Source of the DNA: Spirochaetota bacterium
Lineage (GTDB): Bacteria; Spirochaetota; UBA4802; JAGODF01
NCBI GenBank assembly: GCA_035431765.1
Contig: DAOMJL010000017.1
Span: forward strand, 1 to 44,986
Reading direction: 5' to 3'
DNA: 44,986 nt
Positions 16,766-30,012 of the stretch are shown here, one piece after another; the stretch's first letter is position 1, and every line of letters starts with the position of its first letter. Both the position numbers and the translations under genes were made by a program. The notes under the pieces were generated by a model, which saw nothing but the letters and a program-made list of their open reading frames with translations, ran no database searches and was not told where the DNA came from.

Positions 16766-17027
16766 TTGGTGTCTTGTAATAAAAAATTTTTCAGGATTTC
16801 TGAAATTTTTACGATAATTATTTGTTTTAAAACGATTGATAAGTATCATAGATTATATATGAGGCGATTGAAAGAAGTTTTCATCGTCTCAATACTGATT
16901 TGTTGTATGTTCCCTCAATCACGAAGAATTATAGCGAACTTCATTGACCAATTATTTATTCACATACCATTTTTACGGTTTTTCATAGGCTCTATAGCCG
17001 GAAAAATTATTCTACATTAAGGTTGGG

Positions 17028-20000
17028 ATGTCCATGCAAAAGGAAAAAAAGCTAGTAAATTTTGGTAAGATTAAGTCTAAATTAGACTTTCCAAATCTTA
17101 TTGAAGTCCAGTTGAAATCCTATGAGTGGTTCCTTCAGGCGAGTGTTGACCCTAAAAAGAGAAAAAACCAGGGACTACATGAGGTTTTTAATGAAATATT
17201 TCCCATTGAAAGCCCACATGAGGACGTTGTTCTTGAATTTATAAATTATGAAATTGGATCACCAAAGTACTCAGAAACTGAATGCAAGGAGCGGGATGTT
17301 ACTTTTGCTGCTCCCCTTAAGGCAACAATCAGACTGATTAAAAAAGACAGTATGGAGGTCCGTGAGCAGTCAGTTTATATGGGTGATGTTCCCCTTATGA
17401 CTTCCCGGGGGACCTTTATCATAAACGGCGCGGAACGTGTTGTGGTTAATCAGCTTCACCGTTCGCCTGGTATATTTTTCTTTTATGAAGAAGTTGAACG
17501 GCTTTATAATGCCAGGGTTATTCCGGACAGAGGGTCCTGGCTTGAGTTTGAAATGGATAAAAAGGGATTTCTCATTGCACGAATTGACAGAAAGAAGAAA
17601 TTTCCTGCTACGTTGCTTGTAAGAGCTTTCGGTTATGAGACAAATGAACAGGCGATCAAGCTTTTCTACAATGTCGATGTCGTTGAATTGAAAAGCGAAG
17701 ATGCCTTCAAAATGCTTAATGCAAGAAGGGTAGCATCGGATGTGTTCAGCAGAGAAACCGGTGAAGTGGTAATAAGTGCAGGTGAGCGGATCAATATTGA
17801 TATTATCGACAGGTTCCGTGAAGAAAAAATCGACAAGGTGGAGTTGATAAAGTTCCCGAACAATAAAGATGATTCATATCTTATAAACAGTCTTGAAAAG
17901 GACCAGGACCTTATTAACTCGATAACCGGTGATTATACAATTTCACAGAAGGCTATTCTTAAGATTCATGAGCTGATGAGACCGGGTGAGCCGCGAAATA
18001 TTGATAACGCGCTTGCTGAGTTGAACAGGCTTTTCTTTAATCCCAGAACATACAGCCTCGGGGCTGTGGGGCGATACATTATTAATAAAAAATCTGGAAT
18101 GTCAAAATTCCTGAAGGAAACCGGCATAACAGAGGAAATCAAGAAAAATAAAGACATAAAAGAACTCCGTGACAAGATAGATCTGGCAATGCGGAAGGAG
18201 AAAAACGGGTATCTTTATGTTTATGAAAATTTTTCAGACGAAATAAACAGTACGATCGGTGATATCCGTTCCCTTGGTATGGAGATACTTCATGTTGAAG
18301 ATATTATTTTCACATTGAAGTCTATTCTGTATGTCATTGCAGAAGACAGAATGTACACAGAAAGCAAGGAATATCTGGAAGGAACGAAGAAGAAAAAGCA
18401 TAACATCCAGGTTTATACCGGGGTTGATGATATCGACCATTTAGGCAACAGGCGGATACGATCAGTGGGTGAGCTTTTATCGAACCAGATCAAAGTCGGG
18501 TTCCAGCGGATGGAACGTGTTATAAAAGAAAGAATGACTATACAGGACCTTGATGTAGTAACGCCACAGGCCCTTATCAGCATAAAGCCAATTACAGCCG
18601 TAATAAATGAATTCTTTGGTTCCAGCCAGCTTTCACAGTTTATGGACCAGACAAATCCTCTCGCGGAGCTTACACATAAACGCAGGCTTAATGCTCTCGG
18701 CCCCGGCGGTCTTTCAAGGGAACGTGCCGGTTTTGAAGTGCGTGACGTCCATGCGTCCCATTACGGACGGATGTGTCCGATTGAAACGCCTGAAGGTCCC
18801 AACATCGGTCTTATTGTTTCAATGAGCACCTATGCGCGGATCAATGAATATGGCTTTCTTGAAACGCCTTTTCGTATGGTTGATAAAGGTAAGCTGAAGG
18901 ATGAGGTTGAGTACCTGACGGCAGATGAGGAAGATACGGTGTTTATCGCACAGGCAAATGAGCCTGTTGACGAGAAGAATCAGTTTGTAGAAAAGGAACG
19001 GATTATATGCCGTAACAGGGGAAATTATCCCTCAATGAGACCTGAAGATGTCAAGTATATGGACGTATCGCCTTCACAGATATTCTCTGTTTCCACATGT
19101 CTCATCCCGTTTCTTGAGCACGATGATGCGAACAGGGCTCTTATGGGTTCGAACATGCAGCGTCAGGCTGTTCCGCTCATGACGGAAGAAATTCCGCTGG
19201 TTGGAACAGGAATTGAAAAGGAAGCTGCCTATGATTCCGGTGTTCTTGTAATAGCGCAGCGTCCAGGTGAAGTCGTCTATGTCGATGCAGCACTTGTGAA
19301 GATCAAAAATTCCGGCGGAGAAATTGAAGAGTATCCGCTCCTTAAATTCAAAAGAACAAACCAGGGAACATGTTTTAATCAGCGACCTGTGGTGAAACTC
19401 GGCGACAAGATTAAAGCGGGAGATGTTCTCGCTGATGGTCCCGCCACCTGTGATGCAAGACTTGCGCTGGGAAAAAACATAATGGTGGCGTTTATGCCGT
19501 GGATGGGATATAATTTTGAAGATGCTATTCTCATCTCTGAGCGTCTTGTGAAGGAGGATGTATTTACCTCGATTCACATAGAGCAGTTCGAAATAGAAGC
19601 ACGGGAAACAAAGCTGGGCAGAGAAACAATAACACGGGACATCCCCAATCTCAGTGAAAAGGCATTCAGGGATCTTGATGCTGAAGGGGTCGTCCGTCTT
19701 GGTGCGTATGTGAAACCGGATGATATCCTTGTAGGGAAAGTTACGCCGAAAGGTGAGCAGGACCTGACTCCGGAATACAAACTGCTGCATTCAATATTCG
19801 GAGAAAAGGCGAGGGAAGTCCGTGATACATCACTCCGTGTTCCAAATGGAATTGAAGGTATCATCATTGACGTGAAAAGGTTCTCCCGTGAAAACGGCGA
19901 TGAGCTCGCTCCCGGTGTTGAGGAGCTTGTGAAGGTTTATATCGCAACAAAGCGGAAAATATCAGTTGGTGATAAGATGGCAGGCCGTCATGGGAACAAA

Positions 20001-20735
20001 GGTGTAATTTCAAGGGTTCTGGAAGAGTATGACATGCCGTATTTGCCTGACGGGACACCGGTTGATATCGTCCTCAATCCCTTATCGGTTCCTTCTCGAA
20101 TGAACCTCGGTCAGCTTCTGGAAACAGAGCTGGGATGGGCTGCAAGCGAACTTGATCTTGTTGTTGAGACGCCGATTTTTGACGGCGCCATGGAGTCCGA
20201 TATCAGGGAATACATGAAGAAAGCGAATCTTCCGCCAGATTCCAAGAGTGTACTCTATGATGGAAGGACAGGGATACCCTTTGAGGGCAGAGTAATGGTG
20301 GGGAAGGTATATATGCTGAAACTTGCCCACATGGTTGATGATAAAATTCATGCCCGGTCGACTGGACCGTATTCTCTTGTTACCCAGCAGCCTCTCGGAG
20401 GTAAAGCGCAGTTCGGAGGACAGCGGCTTGGTGAGATGGAAGTGTGGGCGCTGGAAGCTTATGGTGCTGCATATACCCTTCAGGAGCTTCTGACCGTGAA
20501 GTCTGACGACATGCTGGGAAGAGCACGGATATATGAAGCAATTGTAAAAGGGATTAACACGACGACGCCGGGAATACCGGAATCCTTCAATGTTCTTATT
20601 CAGGAACTTCGGGGTCTTGGCCTTGACGTGAAGATATATGATGAGAGTGAAAGAGAAATAAGCCTTTCGGAATGGAGTGAAGGATATTCCAAACCAAAAA
20701 AAAGAATTATGATAGATAAGCTGCAGAATGCATGA
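17028..20735 (+). CDS. rpoB: DNA-directed RNA polymerase subunit beta
   Basis: 1235 aa. Conserved blocks [66 protein letters not shown] and [15 protein letters not shown]. Confidence 0.98.
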   Translation: MSMQKEKKLVNFGKIKSKLDFPNLIEVQLKSYEWFLQASVDPKKRKNQGLHEVFNEIFPIESPHEDVVLEFINYEIGSPKYSETECKERDVTFAAPLKATIRLIKKDSMEVREQSVYMGDVPLMTSRGTFIINGAERVVVNQLHRSPGIFFFYEEVERLYNARVIPDRGSWLEFEMDKKGFLIARIDRKKKFPATLLVRAFGYETNEQAIKLFYNVDVVELKSEDAFKMLNARRVASDVFSRETGEVVISAGERINIDIIDRFREEKIDKVELIKFPNNKDDSYLINSLEKDQDLINSITGDYTISQKAILKIHELMRPGEPRNIDNALAELNRLFFNPRTYSLGAVGRYIINKKSGMSKFLKETGITEEIKKNKDIKELRDKIDLAMRKEKNGYLYVYENFSDEINSTIGDIRSLGMEILHVEDIIFTLKSILYVIAEDRMYTESKEYLEGTKKKKHNIQVYTGVDDIDHLGNRRIRSVGELLSNQIKVGFQRMERVIKERMTIQDLDVVTPQALISIKPITAVINEFFGSSQLSQFMDQTNPLAELTHKRRLNALGPGGLSRERAGFEVRDVHASHYGRMCPIETPEGPNIGLIVSMSTYARINEYGFLETPFRMVDKGKLKDEVEYLTADEEDTVFIAQANEPVDEKNQFVEKERIICRNRGNYPSMRPEDVKYMDVSPSQIFSVSTCLIPFLEHDDANRALMGSNMQRQAVPLMTEEIPLVGTGIEKEAAYDSGVLVIAQRPGEVVYVDAALVKIKNSGGEIEEYPLLKFKRTNQGTCFNQRPVVKLGDKIKAGDVLADGPATCDARLALGKNIMVAFMPWMGYNFEDAILISERLVKEDVFTSIHIEQFEIEARETKLGRETITRDIPNLSEKAFRDLDAEGVVRLGAYVKPDDILVGKVTPKGEQDLTPEYKLLHSIFGEKAREVRDTSLRVPNGIEGIIIDVKRFSRENGDELAPGVEELVKVYIATKRKISVGDKMAGRHGNKGVISRVLEEYDMPYLPDGTPVDIVLNPLSVPSRMNLGQLLETELGWAASELDLVVETPIFDGAMESDIREYMKKANLPPDSKSVLYDGRTGIPFEGRVMVGKVYMLKLAHMVDDKIHARSTGPYSLVTQQPLGGKAQFGGQRLGEMEVWALEAYGAAYTLQELLTVKSDDMLGRARIYEAIVKGINTTTPGIPESFNVLIQELRGLGLDVKIYDESEREISLSEWSEGYSKPKKRIMIDKLQNA

Positions 20736-20843
20736 CCCCGAAAAAGGGGACAGCATGTTGAGAAAATCGGGTAAACCCCGGCGTCTGAGCGTATATGCGC
20801 TGCAGAATATTTTAGAATAAATTTATAGAAAAGGTTAAAGCGA

Positions 20844-23800
20844 ATGAGAGACTTTAACGATTTCAATTCAATTCAGATTAAAATAGCTTCACCGGACATG
20901 ATTCGTTCGTGGTCTTATGGTGAAGTAAAAAAACCTGAAACGATTAATTATCGTACCCTGAAGCCTGAACGGGACGGGTTGTTCTGTGAAAAGATTTTTG
21001 GAACAACAAAAGAATGGGAATGTTATTGCGGAAAATTTAAATCGATTCGATATAAAGGTGTGGTCTGTGACCGTTGCGGTGTGGAAGTTACGCACTATAA
21101 GGTCCGCCGTGAACGCGGTGGTCACATTGAACTTGCCGCGCCTGTTGCGCACATCTGGTATTACCGCTCTGTACCTTCAAGGATGGGACTCCTTCTTGAT
21201 CTTACGGTAAACCAGCTGAAACAGGTTCTCTACTATGAGAAGTATGTTGTTATTGATCCGGGTGAAGCGAAGGAAGAGGATGAAACTCTCGAAAGAGGAG
21301 TGATTCTCGATGAAGAAAAATTTAATTACTTCTATGAGAAATACGGTGATACGTTTATCGCGGAAATGGGAGCCTCGGCGGTTAAGGAACTGCTGATCCG
21401 CATTGATCTCGACGAAGAGGCAAGGCTTCTCAGGGAACGGCTTCTGGATTTCCTCGCTAAGGATTCCAAAAAAGCGGTTGATAGAAAACTTATCAAACGC
21501 TTTGAGATAATTGAGGCTTTCAGGGATTCCGGGAACAAACCGGACTGGATGATTCTTGATGTTGTTCCGGTGATCCCTCCGGAACTGCGTCCGATGGTGC
21601 AGCTTGATGGCGGACGTTTTGCGACTTCAGATCTCAATGACTTGTACCGGCGTGTGATTAACCGTAATAACCGGCTCAAGAGGCTTTTAATGCTCAGGGC
21701 TCCGGAGATTATTGTACGAAACGAAAAGCGTATGCTGCAGGAAGCGGTGGATGCGCTCTTTGATAACAGCCGGAGAAAACGGGCTGTAAAAGGGAAAGGC
21801 AATAGACCGCTGAAGTCCCTTTCCGACATGCTCAAGGGGAAACAGGGGCGGTTCAGACAGAATCTTCTCGGAAAACGGGTCGATTATTCCGGCCGGTCAG
21901 TCATTGTCGTGGGACCTGAATTGAAGCTGCATCAGTGCGGTCTGCCCAAGAAAATGGCTATTGAGCTCTTCAAACCGTTTATAATGAAACGCCTTGTGGA
22001 CAAGGACTATGTCCAGAATATAAAATCTGCCAAAAAAATGGTGGAAAACGAACGCCCGGAAGTGTGGGAAGTGCTTGATGAGGTGATTTCGGAACATCCG
22101 GTATTGCTGAATCGTGCCCCAACTCTTCACAGACTTGGTATTCAGGCGTTCGAGCCGATTCTCGTAGAGGGAAAGGCGATTAAACTCCATCCGCTGGTAT
22201 GTCACGCATACAACGCGGATTTTGACGGCGACCAGATGGCTGTTCACGTTCCGCTGTCTCCGAAGGCACAGCTTGAGTGCTGGACTCTTATGCTGTCGAC
22301 AAACAACCTTCTGTCCCCGGCAAACGGTGAACCGGTAGCAATACCTTCACAGGATATTGTCCTTGGTATTTATTATTTAACAGCGCTGCTTCCCGGGTCT
22401 TCTGAAAATCTTAAATATTTTGATAATGAAAGTGATATTCTGCGGTCCATTGATGTTGGTCAGATAAAAATAAGAACGAAAATTAATTTTCTCAGCAATG
22501 AAACGTTTCACTCGAAGCATAATGGCAGAATGAAGGTGCTGGATGAAAAAGGTTCTGTCGTCGATGTCCCCCTGAGTAGTGATGGTTTTGTAGCGACCAC
22601 TGCGGGCAGGCTGATATTTAACAATATGCTGCCTGAAGGATTTCCATTTATAAACATTACAGTAAGCGATAAAGTCCTGTCGAAAATTATTTCTGATGTT
22701 TTTAAAGGCTACGGCTCGGATGTGACTGTCAGGATGCTTGACGATGTGAAAGATGCTGGATACAATTATTCGACTATATTTGCACCTACAATATCGATTT
22801 CGGATATTATTGTCCCAGACGAGAAATATGGTCTCGTACGCGATGCTGATGTAAAAGTTAAAAAGATCGAAGACGATTATAAATTCGGTTTCATCACTAA
22901 CGAGGAACGGTATAACCGTATTATTGACCTCTGGACAAATGTGAACGAGGAAGTCGCACAGGTAATGATGGATAACCTCAGCAAACATGAAAACGGTTTC
23001 AATCCTATCTATGTAATGGCGCAGTCGGGTGCACGGGGAAGCAAGCAGCAGATACGGCAGCTTGCCGGGATGCGGGGCCTTATGGCGAAACCGAGCGGTG
23101 AAATTATTGACGTGCCAATCAAGACAAACTTTCGTGAGGGTCTTACTGTTCAGGAATACTTTATATCCACAAATGGCGCACGGAAGGGATTGGCCGACAC
23201 TGCGTTGAAAACTGCTGATGCGGGTTATCTTACAAGGAGGCTTGTTGATATTGCTCAGGACGTTGTTATCACAATGGATGACTGCGGTACGACAATGGGC
23301 ATTGATATCAAACCGATAAAAGAAGGTGATGAAATTATTGACTCACTCGGCAGCCGAGTTCTTGGTCGTACCCTGTTATATGATTTGCTGCACCCTGTTA
23401 CCGGGGATCTTATATGTGCTGCGGACCAGATTGTTACAGAGGAAATCGCGGGCATCATTGATGAGCTCAATATAGATTCAATTGAGATCAGGTCAGTTCT
23501 GACTTGTGAAGCACGATATGGTGTTTGTGTAAAGTGCTATGGCCGGAATCTCGGGACAAGTAAGTCCGCTGATCTTGGTGAAGCAGTTGGTATTATTGCA
23601 GCCCAGTCAATCGGCCAGCCTGGTACTCAGCTTACAATGAGAACCTTCCATATCGGAGGTATTGCATCAAGGTCAGTTGAAGAGAGCGATATCAGCCTGA
23701 ATTACCCGGTTTACGTTAAGGAAATTACATCCAAAATGATTAAAACTGAAGGTGAGGAGGGCAGCAGAAAGAATATTTCAGTTCGCCGGGGATATTTGAT

Positions 23801-25169
23801 TGTTCAGCGGGTAATTGCTGAAACTCCGATAAAGGGTAATGCGGAAATTGTTGCTGAAGAAGGACAGAAAACATACGAGGGCTCTGTATTATATACGAAT
23901 GAAGAGGGTGAAGTTAAGGCAAAGACATCAGGATTCCTGAAAATTGATAAAAAGAAAATATATATTCTTGGAGATGACTACTCGATACCAATAAATGTTG
24001 GTACTGAGGTTATCGCAAAAGAGGGGAAATTCTTTGACAGGAACGAAAAGCTGGCGACATTTGATCCATGGCTTGAACCGATTATTACAGAAGTGGGCGG
24101 TGAAGTCAATTTCGTTGATGTCGAATTGAATAAAAGTTTACGTGAAGAAGTTGATCCTCTGTCGAATGTCAACAAGCGAATAATTGTCGAATATAAAACA
24201 GAACGTCTTCAGCCGAGAATTGAAATTGGCTCCCGAGCGGGTGAACCCACGACATATCTTCTGCCGAAAGGTGCACACCTTATGGTGGAAAATGGAGAAA
24301 ATGTTAAAGCGGGAACCACGCTTGCAAAGATTCCGCGTGAGTTTGAGAAAACAAAGGACATCACGGGCGGTCTGCCAAGAGTTGCGGAACTGTTTGAAGC
24401 GAGATCTCCCAAGGATGCGGCAACGCTTTCAGAGATCGACGGTAAAGTAAAAATTGGAGAAACTGTTAAAAACAAGAGAAAAATTATCGTTAAAAACGAA
24501 GAGGGTGATGAACGAGAGTATTCAATCCCATCTTCAAAGTTTCTTCGTGTTCAGGATGCTGACTGGATATACAAAGGCGAAAGAGTCGATGATGGCCCGG
24601 AAGATCCGCATGAAATCCTGAAAATCAAAGGGCCGCGGGAACTTCAGAAATTTCTTGTTAATGAAATTCAGGAAGTGTACAGGCTTCAGGGTGTTGGCAT
24701 TAACGATAAGCATATCGAGATTATAGTACGGCAGATGCTCCGAAAAGTTCGAATCACGGATCCCGGCGATACAAACTTTGTAATAGAACAGGTCATTGAT
24801 AAATTTGATTTCATTGATGAAAATAACCGGGTTGTTGTCGAGGGCGGAAAGCCTGCAATTGCACAGACAATTCTCATGGGGATCACAAAGGCAGCGCTCA
24901 ACACGGAATCATTTATTTCCGCTGCTTCATTCCAGGAAACAACAAGGGTTCTGACCGATGCTGCAATCAAGGGAAAAGTAGACCTCCTGCGCGGATTAAA
25001 GGAAAATGTTATTATTGGACATTTAATTCCCGCCGGTACTGGGGTACGTCATTACCGGGTAGTCGATATTTTCCGAGAGGAATTAGGTGATCTTGAAGCA
25101 CATCTCAATGAAGAGGAACTTGTTGAGTCAGACGATGTCAAAGAATCTGAAGAAATAACGTCAGAATAG
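20844..25169 (+). CDS. rpoC: DNA-directed RNA polymerase subunit beta'
   Basis: 1441 aa. Zn-binding CYCGKFK...CDRCGVEV, catalytic [28 protein letters not shown] large trigger-loop insertion lies between FHIGG and the [13 protein letters not shown]-type block. Confidence 0.98.
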   Translation: MRDFNDFNSIQIKIASPDMIRSWSYGEVKKPETINYRTLKPERDGLFCEKIFGTTKEWECYCGKFKSIRYKGVVCDRCGVEVTHYKVRRERGGHIELAAPVAHIWYYRSVPSRMGLLLDLTVNQLKQVLYYEKYVVIDPGEAKEEDETLERGVILDEEKFNYFYEKYGDTFIAEMGASAVKELLIRIDLDEEARLLRERLLDFLAKDSKKAVDRKLIKRFEIIEAFRDSGNKPDWMILDVVPVIPPELRPMVQLDGGRFATSDLNDLYRRVINRNNRLKRLLMLRAPEIIVRNEKRMLQEAVDALFDNSRRKRAVKGKGNRPLKSLSDMLKGKQGRFRQNLLGKRVDYSGRSVIVVGPELKLHQCGLPKKMAIELFKPFIMKRLVDKDYVQNIKSAKKMVENERPEVWEVLDEVISEHPVLLNRAPTLHRLGIQAFEPILVEGKAIKLHPLVCHAYNADFDGDQMAVHVPLSPKAQLECWTLMLSTNNLLSPANGEPVAIPSQDIVLGIYYLTALLPGSSENLKYFDNESDILRSIDVGQIKIRTKINFLSNETFHSKHNGRMKVLDEKGSVVDVPLSSDGFVATTAGRLIFNNMLPEGFPFINITVSDKVLSKIISDVFKGYGSDVTVRMLDDVKDAGYNYSTIFAPTISISDIIVPDEKYGLVRDADVKVKKIEDDYKFGFITNEERYNRIIDLWTNVNEEVAQVMMDNLSKHENGFNPIYVMAQSGARGSKQQIRQLAGMRGLMAKPSGEIIDVPIKTNFREGLTVQEYFISTNGARKGLADTALKTADAGYLTRRLVDIAQDVVITMDDCGTTMGIDIKPIKEGDEIIDSLGSRVLGRTLLYDLLHPVTGDLICAADQIVTEEIAGIIDELNIDSIEIRSVLTCEARYGVCVKCYGRNLGTSKSADLGEAVGIIAAQSIGQPGTQLTMRTFHIGGIASRSVEESDISLNYPVYVKEITSKMIKTEGEEGSRKNISVRRGYLIVQRVIAETPIKGNAEIVAEEGQKTYEGSVLYTNEEGEVKAKTSGFLKIDKKKIYILGDDYSIPINVGTEVIAKEGKFFDRNEKLATFDPWLEPIITEVGGEVNFVDVELNKSLREEVDPLSNVNKRIIVEYKTERLQPRIEIGSRAGEPTTYLLPKGAHLMVENGENVKAGTTLAKIPREFEKTKDITGGLPRVAELFEARSPKDAATLSEIDGKVKIGETVKNKRKIIVKNEEGDEREYSIPSSKFLRVQDADWIYKGERVDDGPEDPHEILKIKGPRELQKFLVNEIQEVYRLQGVGINDKHIEIIVRQMLRKVRITDPGDTNFVIEQVIDKFDFIDENNRVVVEGGKPAIAQTILMGITKAALNTESFISAASFQETTRVLTDAAIKGKVDLLRGLKENVIIGHLIPAGTGVRHYRVVDIFREELGDLEAHLNEEELVESDDVKESEEITSE

Positions 25170-25316
25170 TAAAACTCCTTGACAAAAACTGCTTCAGTTT
25201 GTTTTTTGTTAGCTTTACTTGTGTCAATGAAAATGGTATTTATGCGGGAGTTGTGTTCTATGGGACATGTCTTTTGCTTTGAATAAAAGAAATATTTCGG
25301 TAATACAGAGGAAACA

Positions 25317-25691
25317 ATGCCAACAATTAATCAGTTGATAAGAAAAGGAAGAGAAACGAAAAATAAGAAATCGAAGTCACCTGCGTTGAAGCAGTGTCCG
25401 CAGAAACGAGGTGTATGCACAAGGGTGATGACGGTAACACCGAAAAAACCGAACTCGGCAATTCGGAAGGTTGCCCGTGTTCGTCTGACAAATGGTATAG
25501 AGGTCACTGCATATATTCCTGGTGTTGGGCATAACCTGCAGGAGCACTCTGCAGTTTTAGTCAGAGGTGGAAGAGTAAAAGATATTCCTGGTGTACGATA
25601 TCATATTGTACGGGGAGCACTTGATGCGATGGGTGTTGATGCCAGAAGAAAGGGAAGATCGAAATACGGTTCAAAGAGACCAAAGGCATAA
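25317..25691 (+). CDS. rpsL: 30S ribosomal protein S12
   Basis: [12 protein letters not shown]...[48 protein letters not shown]. Confidence 0.98.
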   Translation: MPTINQLIRKGRETKNKKSKSPALKQCPQKRGVCTRVMTVTPKKPNSAIRKVARVRLTNGIEVTAYIPGVGHNLQEHSAVLVRGGRVKDIPGVRYHIVRGALDAMGVDARRKGRSKYGSKRPKA

Positions 25692-25739
25692 GTTATTATT
25701 ACACGATAATTGTGTTCTCGGAAAAAATTATTATTCTGA

Positions 25740-26236
<497 letters not shown>

Positions 26237-26237
<1 letters not shown>

Positions 26238-26261
26238 AACGTCTTTCCATGAAAGACGTTC
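26237..26261 (+). other. perfect 11-bp hairpin overlapping the rpsG stop codon
   Basis: GAACGTCTTTC (26237-26247), loop CAT, GAAAGACGTTC (26251-26261). No U tract follows. Confidence 0.6.
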
Positions 26262-26349
26262 CTGCCTGAATTGTATCTGACATCTTCCGCGAAGTTATCA
26301 TGCGAATTTACCATTGTTGGTTTTAATGGCTCCCATTATAGGGAAGACG

Positions 26350-26385
26350 GTATCCTGCATTTTCATAATGTGTGCAGGATATTTT
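26350..26385 (+). terminator. terminator-like hairpin plus UUUU in the rpsG-fusA spacer
   Basis: TATCCTGCA (26351-26359) pairs with TGCAGGATA (26373-26381) around a 13-nt loop, followed by TTTT (26382-85). A perfect TATAAT follows at 26390-26395. Confidence 0.4.
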
Positions 26386-26449
26386 GCTGTATAATGCATG
26401 CCGCAGGTGATTGCGTGTATGGTTTTTCAAATATTACTGGAAAATTGAA

Positions 26450-28537
26450 ATGGGTAGAGAGCTTCCGATACATAGAACACGAAATATCGGTATAATGGCG
26501 CATATTGATGCGGGTAAAACTACGCTCACTGAGCGTATATTGTATTATACCGGAAAGACCTATAAAATTGGAGAGGTCCACGAGGGTACTGCCGAAATGG
26601 ACTGGATGGAACAGGAAAAAGAGCGCGGTATCACCATCACTGCGGCCGCCACCACCTGTTCATGGAGAAATACCCGCATAAATATTATTGATACTCCCGG
26701 ACATGTGGATTTTACCGTTGAGGTTGAAAGGAGCCTGCGCGTCCTTGACTCGGCAATTACGGTATTTGACGGTGTTGCAGGTGTAGAACCTCAGTCGGAA
26801 ACGGTGTGGCGCCAGGCTGATAAATACAGGGTTCCAAGAATTTGTTTTGTTAATAAAATGGACAGGGTGGGAGCTGATTACGAACGCTGTCTTTCAATGA
26901 TACGGTCGAAACTCCATTCGACACCGCTTCCGCTTCAGATACCGATTGGCCGTGAAGACAGCTTTTCAGGAGTTGTTGATATCCTTCTGATGAAGGGTTA
27001 TTTGTGGACAGATGAGACCGGAGTAAGCTTCGAAGAAATTGAGATTCCGGATGATCTGAAAGAAGAAGCACAGATATATCGTGAACAGATGATAGAGCTT
27101 CTTGCCGAACATGATGATACTGTGATGGAAAAGTTTGTTCAGGGAGAACGCCCGGATGATGATGAGTTGCGGCAGGCAATCAGAAACGCCACGATCAATT
27201 CGGTGATTTTCCCGGTGTTTTGCGGCAGTGCCCTTAAAAATAAAGGAGTGCAGGCAGTGCTTGATGCGGTAGTTGATTATTTACCCTCACCCAAAGATAT
27301 TCCTCCAGTGGAGGGTCATAATCCTGATAATCATGAAATAGTTATTTCCCGTGAGGCTGAAGACAAAGAGCCTTTTTGCGGGCTGGTTTTTAAAATAAGG
27401 TCTGACTCGTATGTCGGTAAACTATCATACATCCGTGTCTATTCGGGTCATATAAAAGCCGGAGATGTTGTCTTAAATATTACTAATAACAAAAAAGAAA
27501 GGATCGGCCGCATCCTGAGAATGCACGCGAATGACAGGGAGGATATCAAGGAGATTTATACCGGTGATATTGTGGCACTTGTGGGGATGAAAACAGCCCG
27601 CACCGGTGACACGCTCTGTGCTCTGGATTTCCCAATACTTCTTGAGAAGATGACATTCCCTGAGCCGGTAATTTCAATTGCGATTGAACCGAAAACAAAG
27701 GCTGATCAGGAAAAGCTTTCTGCCGCTCTATCAAGACTCGAGGAAGAAGACCCGACATTTCTTGTCAAGCTTGATCCCGAAACCGGACAAAATATCATTT
27801 CCGGGATGGGAGAACTTCACTTGGATATAATTACTGACCGCCTGACACGGGAATTTAATGTGAAAGCAAATGTCGGGAAACCACAGGTGGCATACAAGGA
27901 AACAATCACCAAAAAGGTACAGGCGGAGTATAAATATGAAAAGCAGATAGCAGGAAAGGACCAGTATGGTCATGTGATAATCGAGATGGAGCCGTTAAAG
28001 CCTGGTGCCGGATTTGTCTTTGTGAATAAAACAAGCAATGTTGATATCCCGGAACAATATATTCCTGCAATTGAGAATGGTCTGAAGGGCTCGATGGAAG
28101 GCGGTGTTGTCGCAGGATATAAGGTTATGGACATAAAGGTAACGCTTATCGGGGGCTCATTTGATGAAAATGCGTCTGTGGACGTTGCATATCGCATTGC
28201 AGCAACAATGGCATTCAGGGAAGGAGCAAAAAAAGCTGATCCGGCCCTGCTGGAACCCATAATGAAGCTTGAAATAATTTCGCCTGATGAATATACTGGT
28301 GATATTATTAGTGATGTTAACAGCAGGAGAGGGCGTATCGAAGGAATCGATATGGTAGGTGCACTAAAAAGCATACATGCTGTTGTGCCATTGTCTGAAA
28401 TGTTTGGCTATGCAACAAGTTTACGATCAATGAGCCAGGGCCGGGCAACAAATTCACTGGAATTTGATCACTATGAAGTGGTGCCTGCGGTTGTTATGGA
28501 GAAGCTTATTGGAAGGATGACAGGAAGAAATTTTTAA
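26450..28537 (+). CDS. fusA: elongation factor G
   Basis: [52 protein letters not shown] 26450 was chosen because the 13 codons upstream in the track ORF have no EF-G counterpart. Confidence 0.97.
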   Translation: MGRELPIHRTRNIGIMAHIDAGKTTLTERILYYTGKTYKIGEVHEGTAEMDWMEQEKERGITITAAATTCSWRNTRINIIDTPGHVDFTVEVERSLRVLDSAITVFDGVAGVEPQSETVWRQADKYRVPRICFVNKMDRVGADYERCLSMIRSKLHSTPLPLQIPIGREDSFSGVVDILLMKGYLWTDETGVSFEEIEIPDDLKEEAQIYREQMIELLAEHDDTVMEKFVQGERPDDDELRQAIRNATINSVIFPVFCGSALKNKGVQAVLDAVVDYLPSPKDIPPVEGHNPDNHEIVISREAEDKEPFCGLVFKIRSDSYVGKLSYIRVYSGHIKAGDVVLNITNNKKERIGRILRMHANDREDIKEIYTGDIVALVGMKTARTGDTLCALDFPILLEKMTFPEPVISIAIEPKTKADQEKLSAALSRLEEEDPTFLVKLDPETGQNIISGMGELHLDIITDRLTREFNVKANVGKPQVAYKETITKKVQAEYKYEKQIAGKDQYGHVIIEMEPLKPGAGFVFVNKTSNVDIPEQYIPAIENGLKGSMEGGVVAGYKVMDIKVTLIGGSFDENASVDVAYRIAATMAFREGAKKADPALLEPIMKLEIISPDEYTGDIISDVNSRRGRIEGIDMVGALKSIHAVVPLSEMFGYATSLRSMSQGRATNSLEFDHYEVVPAVVMEKLIGRMTGRNF

Positions 28538-28554
28538 TTAATTGTAATTATTTC

Positions 28555-28583
28555 TTGACAGAAAAGAGATATATTTTTTAATT
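28555..28583 (+). promoter_or_regulatory. weak candidate promoter upstream of tuf
   Basis: Perfect TTGACA (28555-28560), 17 nt spacer, TTAATT (28578-28583). The -10 element is poor. Confidence 0.25.
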
Positions 28584-28748
28584 CAACTTCGCGCAAAATG
28601 CTAATGTGGATGAAGCATCCTTATTGATCACCTGTTTGTTGATGGGGGGAGTAATTTTAGGTTTGAGCGTTTGTCTGCATTATGCTGGTTTATTAATTGA
28701 AAACGATATAACAATAATTATCAATGACAGGATACAAGGAGTAAAACA

Positions 28749-29963
28749 ATGGCAAAAGAAAAATTTGATAGGAGTAAACCGCATGTTAATGTTGGTACAA
28801 TTGGGCATATTGACCATGGCAAGACAACGTTGACGTCGGCGATCACAAAATGTCTTGCCGGTTATGTCGGTGGACACAACAAGGCTATTAACTTTGATCA
28901 AATTGATAACGCTCCGGAGGAAAAGGCCAGAGGAATAACGATCGCCACCTCCCACCAGGAGTATGCAACACACAAGCGACATTATGCACATGTTGACTGT
29001 CCCGGTCACGCTGACTATATTAAGAATATGATTACGGGTGCTGCGCAGATGGATGCTGCAATTCTTGTTGTTGCGGCGACTGATGGTCCTATGCCGCAAA
29101 CAAAGGAGCACGTGCTTCTGGCTCGTCAGGTTAATGTACCGTACATTGTTGTGTTTCTTAACAAGGTTGACATGCTTGATGCTTCTGACAGAGATGAAAT
29201 GATTGAGCTTGTTGAGATGGAAATCCGTGAGCTTCTCAGCAAATATGAGTTTCCAGGTGATGATATACCGATTGTTCCGGGATCTGCGCTAAAAGCGATG
29301 GAATGCGGATGCGGAAAAAAAGAATGCGAATGGTGCGGGCAGATTATCAAACTCGCCGAGACTCTTGATGAGTATATTCCCGAGCCCGAGCGCGCGAAGG
29401 ATAAACCTTTCCTTATGCCGATTGAGGATGTTTTCTCAATTACGGGACGTGGCACTGTTGTTACAGGACGAATTGAGCGTGGTGTGGTCAAAACAGGTGA
29501 AGAAGTTGAAATTGTTGGTTTTATGCCAACAAGAAAGTCTGTATGCACGGGCGTTGAGATGTTCCGGAAGCTTCTCGATGAGGGAATGGCCGGTGACAAC
29601 GTCGGATGTCTTCTCCGCGGTGTTGGCAAGGATGATGTTGAGCGTGGTCAGGTTCTTGCGAAACCAGGTTCCATTACTCCTCATACGAAGTTTGAGTGTG
29701 AAGTATACGTCCTTTCTAAAGAGGAAGGAGGGCGTCATACTCCATTCTTCAATAATTACAGACCGCAGTTTTATTTCAGGACTACTGATGTAACCGGAAC
29801 TATCCAGCTTCCTGAAGGCGTGGAAATGGTAATGCCCGGTGATAATATTAAGATGGTAATTGAGCTTATAACACCTGTTGCGATGGAAGAAACCCTCCGT
29901 TTTGCGATCCGTGAGGGCGGCAGAACTGTTGGTGCTGGTGTTGTAACAAAAGTTGTAGAATAA
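28749..29963 (+). CDS. tuf: elongation factor Tu (with Cys4 insertion)
   Basis: [41 protein letters not shown]. 404 aa. Contains [13 protein letters not shown] between the SALK motif and the YIPEPER block. Confidence 0.98.
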   Translation: MAKEKFDRSKPHVNVGTIGHIDHGKTTLTSAITKCLAGYVGGHNKAINFDQIDNAPEEKARGITIATSHQEYATHKRHYAHVDCPGHADYIKNMITGAAQMDAAILVVAATDGPMPQTKEHVLLARQVNVPYIVVFLNKVDMLDASDRDEMIELVEMEIRELLSKYEFPGDDIPIVPGSALKAMECGCGKKECEWCGQIIKLAETLDEYIPEPERAKDKPFLMPIEDVFSITGRGTVVTGRIERGVVKTGEEVEIVGFMPTRKSVCTGVEMFRKLLDEGMAGDNVGCLLRGVGKDDVERGQVLAKPGSITPHTKFECEVYVLSKEEGGRHTPFFNNYRPQFYFRTTDVTGTIQLPEGVEMVMPGDNIKMVIELITPVAMEETLRFAIREGGRTVGAGVVTKVVE

Positions 29964-30012
29964 TTTTTTAAATTAGAAAAATTTAGTTGATTTAATTCGA
30001 CAGTATACTAAT

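Noticed and set aside
16742-17020. 92-aa ORF filling the rplL-rpoB spacer.
   Set aside because: It has a TTG start and no RBS, the DNA is extremely AT-rich, and the peptide is low-complexity and hydrophobic. The region is better explained as a regulatory spacer with hairpins.
19074-20756. Long antisense ORFs inside essential genes: 238 aa (19074-19790) and 224 aa (20082-20756) opposite rpoB, 203 aa (22377-22988) opposite rpoC, 221 aa (10877-11542) opposite the beta-CASP gene, and 170 aa (31697-32209) opposite rplD-rplW-rplB.
   Set aside because: All lie entirely opposite strongly conserved genes. Their translations are low-complexity and rich in F/I/R/S/C, with no recognisable motifs and no RBS. 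Stop-poor antisense frames are an expected by-product of the sense-strand codon bias.
25214-25242. Possible rpsL promoter: TTTACT, 17 nt spacer, TATTTA preceded by TGg (extended -10 style).
   Set aside because: Plausible, but it rests on weak hexamers. It also competes with the perfect TTGACA at 25179, which has no -10 partner. I cannot decide between them without TSS data, so it is not listed as a feature.
26271-26495. 74-aa ORF in the rpsG-fusA spacer, and a 75-aa ORF (28606-28833) in the fusA-tuf spacer.
   Set aside because: Both run into the start of the downstream conserved gene in another frame. They lack RBSs and have no recognisable features. The second has a hydrophobic N-terminus but overlaps the tuf RBS and start.
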